Assembly: GCA_040386195.1 (NCBI GenBank)
Contig: JAZKFV010000022.1
Span: 2,974-66,973 of the forward strand
DNA from: Pseudomonadota bacterium
Lineage (GTDB): Bacteria > Pseudomonadota > Alphaproteobacteria > Rickettsiales > UBA1997
Direction of reading: 5' to 3'
DNA length: 64,000 bases
This document shows, piece after piece, positions 19,882-29,813 of this stretch. Below the pieces are notes generated by a model. The model had not been told where the DNA came from. It saw only the letters and a list, made by a program, of their open reading frames with translations, and searched no databases. The position numbers and the translations under genes were made by a program. Every line of letters starts with the position of its first letter. Within the stretch, counting starts at the first letter, position 1.

Positions 19882-22800
19882 ATGTCCAAAAGTTCTTCCT
19901 TAGACTTACTTGATGCCGTTAGACGTAATGATTTAAAAGCGGTAGAGAAATTATTTCTGAATATTGGGGTCAATACTCGGCAAGATGATGTTGAGAAAAA
20001 CAACGCCCTTCATATTGCTGCTCAGTTTGGAGATGCTGCAATGGTGCGTTTTTTAATTGCTCAAGGCGTAGATGCAGATAAATTAAATCAAAATCAAAAC
20101 CGACCAATTGATTTAGCTCGACGTTTTAAAAATCGCGATGCTATTGACGCGTTGCTATATCCGCAAAATGCCACTCTGACTGATAAAATTCAAATTGCAC
20201 TGGCACAAACCCTTTATGTTGATGATAAAGGTAAAGTTGCGACGAGTTCTCAAATTAAAAATTTGCAATTCATTGATCAGATTATGTTGGCTTTGGCGGA
20301 TGGAAATTTGGATAGTAATTCAAAACTTGCCGACAAAATTCAAGAAATTTTATTTGAACAAAATACTTCTGCAGATCCAAAATTATCTGAATTAAAAACT
20401 GAGATTTGGCATTTAATTTTAACGGCAGAAGCCAAATTTAATGAGCCAAGATTTAGCGATGAATCCTATTTGGGGCAAAAAATTAAAACCCAAAATGGTA
20501 TTAATCAAGTAGAGCCGGGTGACCATTTTATTAAAATTGCTAATAAAAAAAGTGGGGCTGCAAAAGGGGCCATTGTTATCAAAAGAATTTTAAGACCTTC
20601 AAACTTATTGGTTGAAAGCAAAAGCAAAAAATATTTACATCCATGGGTAGTAAAAAGTATTGATAAAGATTCTATTGGTGAAGATTTGGTTAATAGCTAT
20701 GTTAATTATTTTGGTCTGCAACCAAAATTTAGAAAACTTACTTTACAAGCTAGCGGGGGATTGGAAAAACAAAAACAATACATTGCAGTCAAATATAACT
20801 TAGACACACATCATCCTGAAAGATTAGCAGCTTCTCCAATCTCCACTAAAAGTGACAAAGGCAAATTTGCTTCGAGGGTCTTTGGCGCTAAAACACAAAA
20901 TATTCAAGTCAAATCAAACCCGACCAATAAATTAATCGAACAAATATTTCTTGCCATTATTCTTGGGCACGGCGATCTGAACAATGGTAATGTTTTGGTG
21001 GATAATCTGACAAAAGAAATATTATTTATTGATTGGGATGTGATGTCTGTTCGCGCTAATTTAATTCACCCAGTTTTGCAGCGATATTTTGTTTGGTTGG
21101 TGGAGGCGATAAATAAAGGTGATTTTAAAGAAGTTAGAGAAATTTTGAGTTTTAGAAAATTAAAAAATATTCATACTTTAATCGGTGGAGCCTATGGTTT
21201 TTCTCACGAGGTTGAAACAATAAAAGCAATCAAGAAACTTGATAAAAGAACTGTAGAACTTTTAGAGTTAGATCAAGCTGATTTGGCAAAAAGTAAAAAT
21301 AAACTGCGCGAGATACGTCAAGATATGAGTGCTATTAGCGTTTTGGGTGGAAGCGATGATGATATGACGGTTATTGAGTTATTGGAAAAATCATTATCAG
21401 AAATATCCGATTCAGAAATTCTTGCCTCCATTCAAAGTATAACTAACAAAAACACTGACGGACTAAAAGCGATAACTCATGATTTTATTGAGCTTGAGGC
21501 TGGTGCAGATCAAGATTCAAAAGTGGCGGCTGAGCGCAAGTATAAAACATATGAAAATGCTGTTTTAACTTCTTTAGCGCAAGCTAAAAAAGCGGTAGAT
21601 GGGCAGGTGGCAAAATTAAAAAATCCACTTCCGCCAAAATCTACAAATGAAAAGCCAGTGGTTTATCTGGATTTTAATCCAACAGGGAAAACATTGGTGA
21701 CGCATCCAATTGAACCGGATCATATTATTAAATATTGGGCAGGCTTATATCATTTTGTTGATAATGTTGATTGGCACGACAAAACTGTTCAATATAAAGG
21801 CATCGTTCCCAAAGAATTTTTAATCAAGCCGCAAGAGATTTATAAAATGACTTTTGCATCGGCGATTAAAAAAATTAAAAATCAGCAAATTAATGATGAA
21901 GCTTGGCAAATGTTATCGATCGCGTTTCCATTAATTGGGTCTTATGGTTTGGAATTGGATGGAGGTTTGTTTCAACCGCGCATTGCTGATGAAGCTAGGT
22001 TTAAAGAAGAATGGTGGAAATATTCTGAACAATTCCAAGATCAAGTTTGTGAAAATATTATTTTGGCGATCTCTGCTTTAAAAAAATTTGCAACAACGCA
22101 GCCAAATGTTTCAAACTGTAATAAGTTATTGTTATTTGTTAAAAGAGCGGAAAAATCTTTGGATCTTTTTGGCGATGAGCGAGAAGATTTTGTGGCTGAG
22201 CAAAAAGAAGAATTGAATTTTATTAAGGCAAAATTACAGGAAGCTAAACGGGAAATGGCTCCAGAAAAATCATTAGCGCAACGCAAACCAACAACCAGCA
22301 CCAAATCACCAAATGCGCAGCCTTTGTTGAAAATGCAGATGGTGGTTGTTGAAAAAAATGGCAAATATCATCATCATTTTGAATTTGAAAATGAAAAAAA
22401 TAATTTTTGTTTTGTTGCCAATCAAGAAATAACCAATAAAAACCTGGCTTATCGCCAAGCTCAAAAAGCAATTGAGCTGGTAGTTAGTGAGCTTATTGAT
22501 AGACAATCGGTAAGATTTGAAAGGGCGTGTGAAGAAATTTTGGATTATCAAGGTAATAATAAATCGCTGCTTAATCTTAAAAAAATTATTCAAGAAGAAT
22601 CACCAAATAATGAACATCAAAAAGCGATATTAGCTTTTATAATCAAAGCAGCAAAAGCTTCACAAAATGGTTTTAGTAAAAGTGAAATTGTTGCTGAATT
22701 GCCGCCACAGCTGGCGATAGATCTTAAACATATATCGGCAAAAATGCAGGAATATAACAAAGATCAAGGTTTGTTTGATAATAAAAAATCTGTTGGAATG

Positions 22801-22914
22801 AGATCTTGCTCTATGAAAGTGGATTATCTGGAAAGTGATAATTCTATCAAAAAAAGTAATGTTGAAAAATATGCTGGGAAGCCGAATATCAAAGGCGCAA
22901 CTTTGATATTATAA
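19882..22914 (+). CDS. 1010-aa ankyrin-repeat protein with protein/lipid-kinase-like catalytic loop (candidate effector)
   Basis: N-terminal ankyrin repeats (NNALHIAAQFGDAAMVRFLIAQGVDADKLN...RPIDLA). GHGDLNNGNVLVD (20965-21003) followed by LFIDWD (21028-21039) matches the HGD-x4-N ... ID[FW][DEG] pattern of APH/choline-kinase and PI3/4-kinase-like folds. Confidence 0.65.
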   Translation: MSKSSSLDLLDAVRRNDLKAVEKLFLNIGVNTRQDDVEKNNALHIAAQFGDAAMVRFLIAQGVDADKLNQNQNRPIDLARRFKNRDAIDALLYPQNATLTDKIQIALAQTLYVDDKGKVATSSQIKNLQFIDQIMLALADGNLDSNSKLADKIQEILFEQNTSADPKLSELKTEIWHLILTAEAKFNEPRFSDESYLGQKIKTQNGINQVEPGDHFIKIANKKSGAAKGAIVIKRILRPSNLLVESKSKKYLHPWVVKSIDKDSIGEDLVNSYVNYFGLQPKFRKLTLQASGGLEKQKQYIAVKYNLDTHHPERLAASPISTKSDKGKFASRVFGAKTQNIQVKSNPTNKLIEQIFLAIILGHGDLNNGNVLVDNLTKEILFIDWDVMSVRANLIHPVLQRYFVWLVEAINKGDFKEVREILSFRKLKNIHTLIGGAYGFSHEVETIKAIKKLDKRTVELLELDQADLAKSKNKLREIRQDMSAISVLGGSDDDMTVIELLEKSLSEISDSEILASIQSITNKNTDGLKAITHDFIELEAGADQDSKVAAERKYKTYENAVLTSLAQAKKAVDGQVAKLKNPLPPKSTNEKPVVYLDFNPTGKTLVTHPIEPDHIIKYWAGLYHFVDNVDWHDKTVQYKGIVPKEFLIKPQEIYKMTFASAIKKIKNQQINDEAWQMLSIAFPLIGSYGLELDGGLFQPRIADEARFKEEWWKYSEQFQDQVCENIILAISALKKFATTQPNVSNCNKLLLFVKRAEKSLDLFGDEREDFVAEQKEELNFIKAKLQEAKREMAPEKSLAQRKPTTSTKSPNAQPLLKMQMVVVEKNGKYHHHFEFENEKNNFCFVANQEITNKNLAYRQAQKAIELVVSELIDRQSVRFERACEEILDYQGNNKSLLNLKKIIQEESPNNEHQKAILAFIIKAAKASQNGFSKSEIVAELPPQLAIDLKHISAKMQEYNKDQGLFDNKKSVGMRSCSMKVDYLESDNSIKKSNVEKYAGKPNIKGATLIL

Positions 22915-22918
22915 AAAG

Positions 22919-25459
22919 TTATAGACTTCTTTTTTGCTCAACAATTTCATAACATTCAATGATATCTTTTTCTTTGATATCATCAAAATTATCCAAAGCA
23001 ATTCCGCATTCAAAACCGCTTTTGGCTTCTTTGACGTCATCTTTGAAGCGTTTGAGAGTTTTAAGTGTGCCATCATAAACCACGATATTTTCGCGCAGTA
23101 AGCGAACTTTGGCGCCTTTTTTGATAGTGCCGTCGATGACGCTGCAACCGGCGATTTTGCCGGAGCCGGAGACTTTGAAAACTTGTCTGATTTCAGCTTG
23201 ACCTAAATATTCTTCACTTTTAATTGGATCAAGCATTCCGCCTAATAATAATTTGAGTTCGTCAACAACATTATAAATGATTGAGTGATAACGAATGTCA
23301 ACATTTTTAGCTTGCGCCATTTCTTTGGCTTGCACATTGGTGCGCACATTAAAGCCAATGATGATGGCGCCGGAAACTGCGGCTAAACTAATATCGCCTT
23401 CAGTAATTCCGCCAGTAGCGCTGTGAATAATTTTAATGGCAACTTCTTCAGTGCCTAATTTTCCTAAGCTGCCGCAAATTGCTTCAACTGAACCATGAAC
23501 ATCGCCTTTAATAATGATGGGCAAATAACGCACGCCGGTTTTTCCAGCTTGTTTGAAAATATCATCAGTTGATTTGGCAACATTTTTTAAACTTTTTTCA
23601 TCGCGTTTTTTCTTTTCACGATAAGAAATAATATCGCGCGCTTGTTTTTCTTCACTGACTTCCACAAATTGATCGCCCGCATCCGGCGCGCCATCCAAAC
23701 CCAATATTTCTACTGGCATTGATGGAGTTGCTTGTTTGATATTTTTACCTTTGTCATCATGCATTTTGCGCACTTTTCCAAAAGCAGTTCCGGCAACAAT
23801 AATATCGCCAATATCTAAAGTTCCTTTTTGAATTAAAATAGTTGCCACCACACCTTTGGATGGATCAATGCGGGTTTCCACCACCACGCCGCTGGCTTTG
23901 CCAACATAAGGCGCTTTAAGTTCAAGAACTTCAGCTTGCAATAAAATTGCTTCTTCTAATTTATCCAGATTGGTTTTTTCTTTAGCAGAAACTTCAACAA
24001 AAATTACCTCACCACCTAGATCTTCGGCGATAATTTCGTGTTGTAATAATTCGTTTTTAACTCTTCTGGAGTCTGCGCCAGGTTTGTCAATTTTATTCAC
24101 CGCGACAATGATTGGCACGCCAGCCGCTTTAGCGTGGCTGATTGCTTCGATAGTTTGTTCTTTCACGCCATCGTCAGCAGCAACTACTAAAACCACAATA
24201 TCAGTTGCGTTAGCGCCGCGCGATCTCATTTCGGTAAAAGCTTCGTGACCGGGAGTATCTAAAAAGGTGATATATTTTCCGCTAACAGTTTTGATTCTTG
24301 AAGCGCCAATATGTTGAGTGATTCCACCTGATTCGCCACTAACCACATTGGTTGAACGCATCGCATCTAAAAGTGAAGTTTTGCCGTGATCAACGTGACC
24401 CATAATGGTGACGACCGGAGCGCGATCTAGTTTTTCAACATCATCCTCTTCTTCGGTGCTAATTATATCTTCAACATCGGAAGCTTTAACTCTTTTAACG
24501 GTATGACCAAATTCGTGAATGATTAATTCTGCTGTATCAGCGTCAATCACTTGGTTGGAGGTGGCAACCATGCCCATCATAAATAATTTTTTCACCACAT
24601 CGCCAGTTTTTTCCGCCATTCTTTCGGCTAAATCTGAAACTAAAATTAGCTCAGGCAAGACAACTTCGTTGACAATTTTTTTATATTCTTTGTTAACTTC
24701 TTGAACAGAATTTCTTTTATCACGATTCTTTTTGCGATAACCAAATTTTTCATCATCATCAACGATGAAAGTTTGTAATAATCTTCTTGGATTGAACTTT
24801 TCTTTTTTAACTTCAGCTAATTTGCTTTTTTTATTTTCAACTTCTTCTTCATTAATAAATTTCCCATTTTTGCCTAATTTTTTTGGCTTCTTTTTATCTT
24901 TTTCTAAAACAGCAGTTTTTTCTTGTTCAACTTTTTTGCGCGCTTCAATCATTTTTTCGCGCTCAGCTTTAAGCAAGTTTTGATCGGCAATACTTTGTTT
25001 AATTTTGCTTCTAACGTCAATATCAGGAGAAGTTTCGTCGGCAATTACTGGTGCCGCGCTAACAGCAACATTGATTGGCGCTTCTATTGTTTCATCAATT
25101 TCTGGCTCATCATTTTGGGCTTCAACAACAATTTCAGTTTTTTTAATTTTGGCTAAAACGTCATGTTTATCTGCTTCAAAATCATCTTGGTTAGACATAT
25201 TACCAACCGCTCTTTTGCGCGCTTCAAACTCGTTTTTGCTTAAACCTTTGCCTGCCGTTTTATTTTCTAAAACCGCTGGAGCAGCTTCTTTCTTGCGGCC
25301 TTTGATGGTAACTTGCACCAAAGAGTTGCTGATTCTTTTATTCTCAGCATTTTTAGTGGACAAGACTTTAGGATCAGACGCAGCGGGAAGCTTGAGCTTC
25401 AAGGTCAATTTACTTCTAACCACTTCTGTTGATTTAGTTTCTTTTTGTTCTTTATCCAC
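22919..25459 (-). CDS. infB: translation initiation factor IF-2
   Basis: GTG start. Lys/Glu-rich N-terminus. G-domain [28 protein letters not shown]. Conserved C-terminal domains. Downstream of nusA. Confidence 0.97.
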   Translation of the reverse strand: MDKEQKETKSTEVVRSKLTLKLKLPAASDPKVLSTKNAENKRISNSLVQVTIKGRKKEAAPAVLENKTAGKGLSKNEFEARKRAVGNMSNQDDFEADKHDVLAKIKKTEIVVEAQNDEPEIDETIEAPINVAVSAAPVIADETSPDIDVRSKIKQSIADQNLLKAEREKMIEARKKVEQEKTAVLEKDKKKPKKLGKNGKFINEEEVENKKSKLAEVKKEKFNPRRLLQTFIVDDDEKFGYRKKNRDKRNSVQEVNKEYKKIVNEVVLPELILVSDLAERMAEKTGDVVKKLFMMGMVATSNQVIDADTAELIIHEFGHTVKRVKASDVEDIISTEEEDDVEKLDRAPVVTIMGHVDHGKTSLLDAMRSTNVVSGESGGITQHIGASRIKTVSGKYITFLDTPGHEAFTEMRSRGANATDIVVLVVAADDGVKEQTIEAISHAKAAGVPIIVAVNKIDKPGADSRRVKNELLQHEIIAEDLGGEVIFVEVSAKEKTNLDKLEEAILLQAEVLELKAPYVGKASGVVVETRIDPSKGVVATILIQKGTLDIGDIIVAGTAFGKVRKMHDDKGKNIKQATPSMPVEILGLDGAPDAGDQFVEVSEEKQARDIISYREKKKRDEKSLKNVAKSTDDIFKQAGKTGVRYLPIIIKGDVHGSVEAICGSLGKLGTEEVAIKIIHSATGGITEGDISLAAVSGAIIIGFNVRTNVQAKEMAQAKNVDIRYHSIIYNVVDELKLLLGGMLDPIKSEEYLGQAEIRQVFKVSGSGKIAGCSVIDGTIKKGAKVRLLRENIVVYDGTLKTLKRFKDDVKEAKSGFECGIALDNFDDIKEKDIIECYEIVEQKRSL

Positions 25460-25462
25460 TTT

Positions 25463-25544
25463 TAATAATGATTAATGGTTAATGGTTAATGGTTAATTAT
25501 CGATGATTAATTAGCTAATCATTAATAATTAATCATTAATCATT
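25463..25544. repeat. heptamer-periodic palindromic element, copy b (imperfect)
   Basis: taataatgattaatggttaatggttaatggttaatta (25463-25499) faces taatcattaataattaatcattaatcatt (25516-25544). It fills the whole nusA-infB spacer and supplies the nusA terminal codons ..MIND*. Confidence 0.8.
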
Positions 25545-26851
25545 TTCTCAAGATATTCCACCGCACGATTTTTAATTTCAGTGGCAATATCTTCGTCAAA
25601 ACCTTCAATTGCTTGTAATTCAGAAATTTCTGCTTCAGCAATTTGTTCAACTGAAGAGAAGCCTTCTGCAGCAAGTAAGTTGGCGATGATGTCTTCAACG
25701 TCAAGAGCTTCAATAAATAGTTTCGAAGATTGATTAAACTCAGCAGTTCTTCTGGCTGATTCTTGATCGTCAGTCATAATGTCGATTTTGTAATCAACTA
25801 ATTTGGAAGCCAAACGCACATTTTGTCCGCCTCTGCCAATTGCCAAACTTAATTGATCTTCAGCAACTACAACTTCAATAATGCCATTTTCTTCGTCAAC
25901 GACAACTTTGCTAACTTTAGCTGGAGTTAAAGCTGAGATGACTAATTCAGCGATATTTGGTGACCATTTGATAATGTCGATTTTTTCACCACGAAGTTCT
26001 GAGCTAACTGATTGAACGCGGCTGCCACGAATTCCAATGAATGAGCCAATAATGTCCAAATCTTCTCTTCTTGAATAAATAGCGATTTTCGCGCGTGATC
26101 CAGGATCACGAGCCACGGCTTTAACTTCAATATTTCCTTCATATAATTCTGGAACTTCGCCGGCGAATAATTTAACCAAAAATTGCGGATGAGTTCTTGA
26201 TAAAAAGATTTGCGCACCAAATGGTTCTTTGCGCACATCTTCAACATAAACGCGCATTCTATCACCAACGCGGAAAGTTTCTCTTGGAATCAAGCCATTT
26301 TGGTGAATTACGGCTTCATAGCCATCAACTTCCATAACAATATTTTTAAGCCCAACTTTTTTAACTGAAGCGTTAACAATATCGCCAATGCGATCTTTGA
26401 ACTCTTCATATTCTTTATTTTTTTCAGCTTCTTTAACTTTTTTGATAATTTCGTTTTTAGCAACTTGCGCAACAACACGATTTAAATCAATCGGCGGAAG
26501 TTCTTGGCTGATAAAATCACCAAGTTTTGCTTTTGGTTCTTTTTGTTTAGCGTCGCTAAGTGTGATGTGAGTGCGGCTGTCAAAAGCTTCTTCGCCTTCA
26601 GTTTCTTCAGTTTGATGAGCAAATTCGTTGCTGACAACTTTCAATTGATTGTAAAGTTTGATCAATCCAGTTTTTTTATCGATCACACAATCAATATTCA
26701 AATGATGACCATATTTCTTGCGCGCCGCAGATTTAATGCCTTCTTCCATAGCGTGAACTATGTCAGACACTAAAATGCCTTTCTCATGAGCGATGGTTTC
26801 GGCAACCAATAAAATCTCTCTATTGCCCATTACTGTCAAATTACTAGCCAT
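25529..26851 (-). CDS. nusA: transcription termination/antitermination factor NusA
   Basis: N-terminal NREILLVAETIAHEKGI, S1 domain, two KH domains (GRGGQNVRLASKL), and a C-terminal HhH repeat. The start is placed at MASNLTVMG (ATG 26851). The track ORF extends to 26959, but that extension has no NusA-like sequence. Confidence 0.9.
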   Translation of the reverse strand: MASNLTVMGNREILLVAETIAHEKGILVSDIVHAMEEGIKSAARKKYGHHLNIDCVIDKKTGLIKLYNQLKVVSNEFAHQTEETEGEEAFDSRTHITLSDAKQKEPKAKLGDFISQELPPIDLNRVVAQVAKNEIIKKVKEAEKNKEYEEFKDRIGDIVNASVKKVGLKNIVMEVDGYEAVIHQNGLIPRETFRVGDRMRVYVEDVRKEPFGAQIFLSRTHPQFLVKLFAGEVPELYEGNIEVKAVARDPGSRAKIAIYSRREDLDIIGSFIGIRGSRVQSVSSELRGEKIDIIKWSPNIAELVISALTPAKVSKVVVDEENGIIEVVVAEDQLSLAIGRGGQNVRLASKLVDYKIDIMTDDQESARRTAEFNQSSKLFIEALDVEDIIANLLAAEGFSSVEQIAEAEISELQAIEGFDEDIATEIKNRAVEYLEKMIND

Positions 26852-27022
26852 TCGTAAAATATTTATTATTGATAAGGATTTGTGGCTCTGAACCTCCGCT
26901 GTTTCTATAGCGAAGGAGTTGGGGAACTGATTTACTATAGAAAATGCATCAAGAATCAAAAGTGGGCGAATATTAGTTGCGCCGTTTTACAAATGCAAGA
27001 TGAAATCCTTAAGTTAAGATGA

Positions 27023-28714
27023 TTAATGAGCTAAAGCAGATTTTTGTTGTGGCTGGGCATCAATTTTAACATTAGTTTTTTGATCAGGTTTTGGTGGTAA
27101 TAATTCTTGTTTAAAATAAATTGCATCACTTCCTATTTGACCTGGGCTTGGCATTAGAGCTATATTGTTTGTAATTCCAAGAGCCGAACAAAATTCAAAT
27201 TGAGTTTTATTATCTCCCAGATTCACCGATAATTCACCATTTTTAGAAACATAACTTCCAGTTGTTCCAACTCCGTTTGAAGGATCAATATAAAGCACAT
27301 TTGGATTGTCTTCTATGGTGCTGGTTTGTAGCTTGTTAAATTGTTTCATGAACTTATCTCTTTTTTCTGGACTTTCAAATTTAATCGCCAAACGCGGCGC
27401 AAATTCTTCTTCTTCATGTTGCTTAGCACTATAAAGAGTTACCGTTCCAAATGGATGAGCCGTTCCACGATCATTAATTAGCCCAGCAACAAACCCATCA
27501 TGAGATTTAGGTTTGAAACTAGTCGTAAAACTTTTTGTTGCCGGAGTTTGCTTAGATGAAACTTGTTGTTGAGCAGTATCTAGTTTCTGAAATTGCGCTG
27601 AATCTAAATCCACAACTTGCACTTTACCCTGTGTCTCAAGTTGCAAATTATTATTTTGAATCACCTCATTCCAATTGCTAAAACCAGAAGGTTGAAATTT
27701 GTGCTGTTGATGATCATAAGTGCCTTGCACTTTAGATTCAGAGGTCATTTGCTGGCAAACATTGGTTGCCGCCGCTTTCACCCCATCATCAGTTTGTCTG
27801 CCACCAACATAAAAATCATTTCCTGGCCAAGAAACATGATCCCAAGCCACAATGCTGAAAAATTTGCAGCCAGCAAATTTCGGATCATATTGCTCAGGTT
27901 TTTTTAGTTGCGAATTTTCAGCGCCAAATTTTCCAGCTTTAGTAGTAAGCTCGATGCCATTAATATTTTGAGTCCCGTCAAGCGCCGCAAATTGCGGTTC
28001 ATTAGGATCAAAATTTATGCCTTTAATATTTTGCAATTTATCGCCGTGAGTTTCTAAAAGCCTAACCAAAACTCCTTGAAATTTTGCCTCTAATTGACCT
28101 TTAAATTGCCCAGCAAAAACTCCACAACCCATTCCTGGAATTGTTACAAAAGCTCCATCCGCGCCAGCTGTATTATTGGCGTGAAGCAATGATGGCAATA
28201 ATCTTCTTTCATATAATTGATAAAATGCTTCATCATCAATTTGTCCATTTTTTGCAACTTCAGCCATATCAGCAGTTTGAACCCCTTTGCCGTTTGCCAG
28301 CAAAGCTCCCGGAACAAATAAAAGTTCGCCTTGAAATGGCTGGCTATGAGACTTAATTCCAGCACCTTTGTGAACTCCGTTATCATAAATCTCAACCGGA
28401 ACTGCAAAATTTATATCGCCAAGAATTCCAAGTTCTTGAGAATTCCAATCTCTTCCATCGCCATAAACAGCGCTTTCAGCAAAAATTTGGGGTTTTTTAG
28501 TTTGAATTAATAATTCTAAAAATTGATCATCAGACAATTGTTGTAAATTTTGCCCACCAATTGCTTCTTCTAAATAAGCTCCAGCCTTCAATTTTCCAGA
28601 TGCTAAATTAGCTTTATATTTTTTAATTTTTTCCTGAGTTTGGGCGCTGATTAAAACCTGATATGTCATAAGTTTATGGAAATTATATTTTGCAAAAACC
28701 AAATCATTTACCAT
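27023..28714 (-). CDS. 563-aa hypothetical protein with PARG/macrodomain-like motifs
   Basis: GDGRDWNSQEL (residues 85-95, nt 28430-28462) lies about 108 residues upstream of IPGMGCGVFAG (residues 192-202, nt 28109-28141). Order and spacing resemble the PARG GGG-X6-8-QEE signature plus the GCGVF diphosphate loop. Confidence 0.4.
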   Translation of the reverse strand: MVNDLVFAKYNFHKLMTYQVLISAQTQEKIKKYKANLASGKLKAGAYLEEAIGGQNLQQLSDDQFLELLIQTKKPQIFAESAVYGDGRDWNSQELGILGDINFAVPVEIYDNGVHKGAGIKSHSQPFQGELLFVPGALLANGKGVQTADMAEVAKNGQIDDEAFYQLYERRLLPSLLHANNTAGADGAFVTIPGMGCGVFAGQFKGQLEAKFQGVLVRLLETHGDKLQNIKGINFDPNEPQFAALDGTQNINGIELTTKAGKFGAENSQLKKPEQYDPKFAGCKFFSIVAWDHVSWPGNDFYVGGRQTDDGVKAAATNVCQQMTSESKVQGTYDHQQHKFQPSGFSNWNEVIQNNNLQLETQGKVQVVDLDSAQFQKLDTAQQQVSSKQTPATKSFTTSFKPKSHDGFVAGLINDRGTAHPFGTVTLYSAKQHEEEEFAPRLAIKFESPEKRDKFMKQFNKLQTSTIEDNPNVLYIDPSNGVGTTGSYVSKNGELSVNLGDNKTQFEFCSALGITNNIALMPSPGQIGSDAIYFKQELLPPKPDQKTNVKIDAQPQQKSALAH

Positions 28715-28803
28715 CCCAATTTTTTAACTGCAACAGCAAATCAATTGAATTTTGAGAATTTTGCAAATAAAGTCCGCCACGATTTAACTTAATTTTCAAA
28801 ACC

Positions 28804-29274
28804 GTGCAGCAAAAACAAAATCAATTCTCCAAACGCTCTTTAACTAGGCTAATTGCGATCCAAGCTTTTTATCAATATGATTTTTATCAACGCCAAATTG
28901 TGGTTGATGCTTTAGCAAAACAGCTGGTTGAAAATTATGCTTTGAGTGAAAATGAAGATGTGGTTTCTTACCAAAAAAAAATTGACGACAATCTTTTAGA
29001 ATCATTGCTTTCAGGCTTAATTTTAGTGATTGAAAAAATTGACGAAGAAATTGCGCCGTTTTTAAAAGGTGAGTGGAAAATTACAACTTTGCCCGATGTG
29101 ATGCTGCAAATTTTAAGGCTTGCCAGCTTTGAATTAAAGTTTATGAAAGACAATCCAACCAAAGTTATCATCAATGAATATGTTGATTTGTCGGCTTGTT
29201 TTTACGAGCCAAAACAAGTTACTTTCGTCAATAGCATTTTACAAAATATTGCTAATCAAAATCGCCCAGAATAA
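28804..29274 (+). CDS. nusB: transcription antitermination factor NusB
   Basis: GTG start. RLIAIQAFYQYDF and EYVDL motifs typical of NusB. 156 aa. Confidence 0.85.
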   Translation: MQQKQNQFSKRSLTRLIAIQAFYQYDFYQRQIVVDALAKQLVENYALSENEDVVSYQKKIDDNLLESLLSGLILVIEKIDEEIAPFLKGEWKITTLPDVMLQILRLASFELKFMKDNPTKVIINEYVDLSACFYEPKQVTFVNSILQNIANQNRPE

Positions 29275-29813
29275 TGACTAATATTATCATTGCTAAAATC
29301 ACTTCAGTTCATGGAATTAAAGGCGCAGTTAAAATAATGAGCTTTGCCGCAAAGCCAGCCGATATTGCCAAATATTCCAGCAAAATGTTTGATGCCAAAA
29401 ACCAGCAATATAAAATCAAAATCACCAATCAAATTCCCAGCAAAAATAACGATTTATTCACCGCCACAATTGACGAAGTCAATGATCGCAATCAAGCTGA
29501 ATTGCTGAGAAATACTGAACTTTTTATTAAAAGAAGCGATCTGAAAAAATCGAAAAAAGATGAATTTTATTATGTTGATTTAGTTGGTTTAGATGTTTTG
29601 AATTTAGACAAGAAAAAAATTGGCAAAGTGCTAGCAGTCAATGATTTTGGGGCAGGCGGCTTGGTTGAAATTCAGTTTAGTGATGAAAAATATAACAAAA
29701 ATCAAATTAATAATTTTGCCTTCACCCACAAAATTTTCCCCGAAGTTGATATCGAAAAAGGTTATTTGATCTTTGATATGCCTGACATTGTCGAAATTTT
29801 AGAAAATGAATAA
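29274..29813 (+). CDS. rimM: 16S rRNA processing protein RimM
   Basis: IAKITSVHGIKGAVKI N-terminus and a PRC-barrel C-terminus. 1-nt overlap with nusB and 8-nt overlap with trmD. Confidence 0.85.
   Translation: MTNIIIAKITSVHGIKGAVKIMSFAAKPADIAKYSSKMFDAKNQQYKIKITNQIPSKNNDLFTATIDEVNDRNQAELLRNTELFIKRSDLKKSKKDEFYYVDLVGLDVLNLDKKKIGKVLAVNDFGAGGLVEIQFSDEKYNKNQINNFAFTHKIFPEVDIEKGYLIFDMPDIVEILENE

Noticed and set aside
25005-25475. 156-aa ORF, plus several 60-90-aa ORFs at 23970-25156, antisense to infB.
   Set aside because: They mirror the Lys/Glu-rich N-terminal region of IF-2, which gives Ser/Leu/Phe-rich stop-free antisense frames. There is no independent start context.
26852-26959. N-terminal 36-codon extension of nusA in the ORF track.
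   Set aside because: The NusA-like sequence begins at MASNLTVMGNREIL (ATG 26851). The extension has no NusA or RimP similarity. It is treated as leader.
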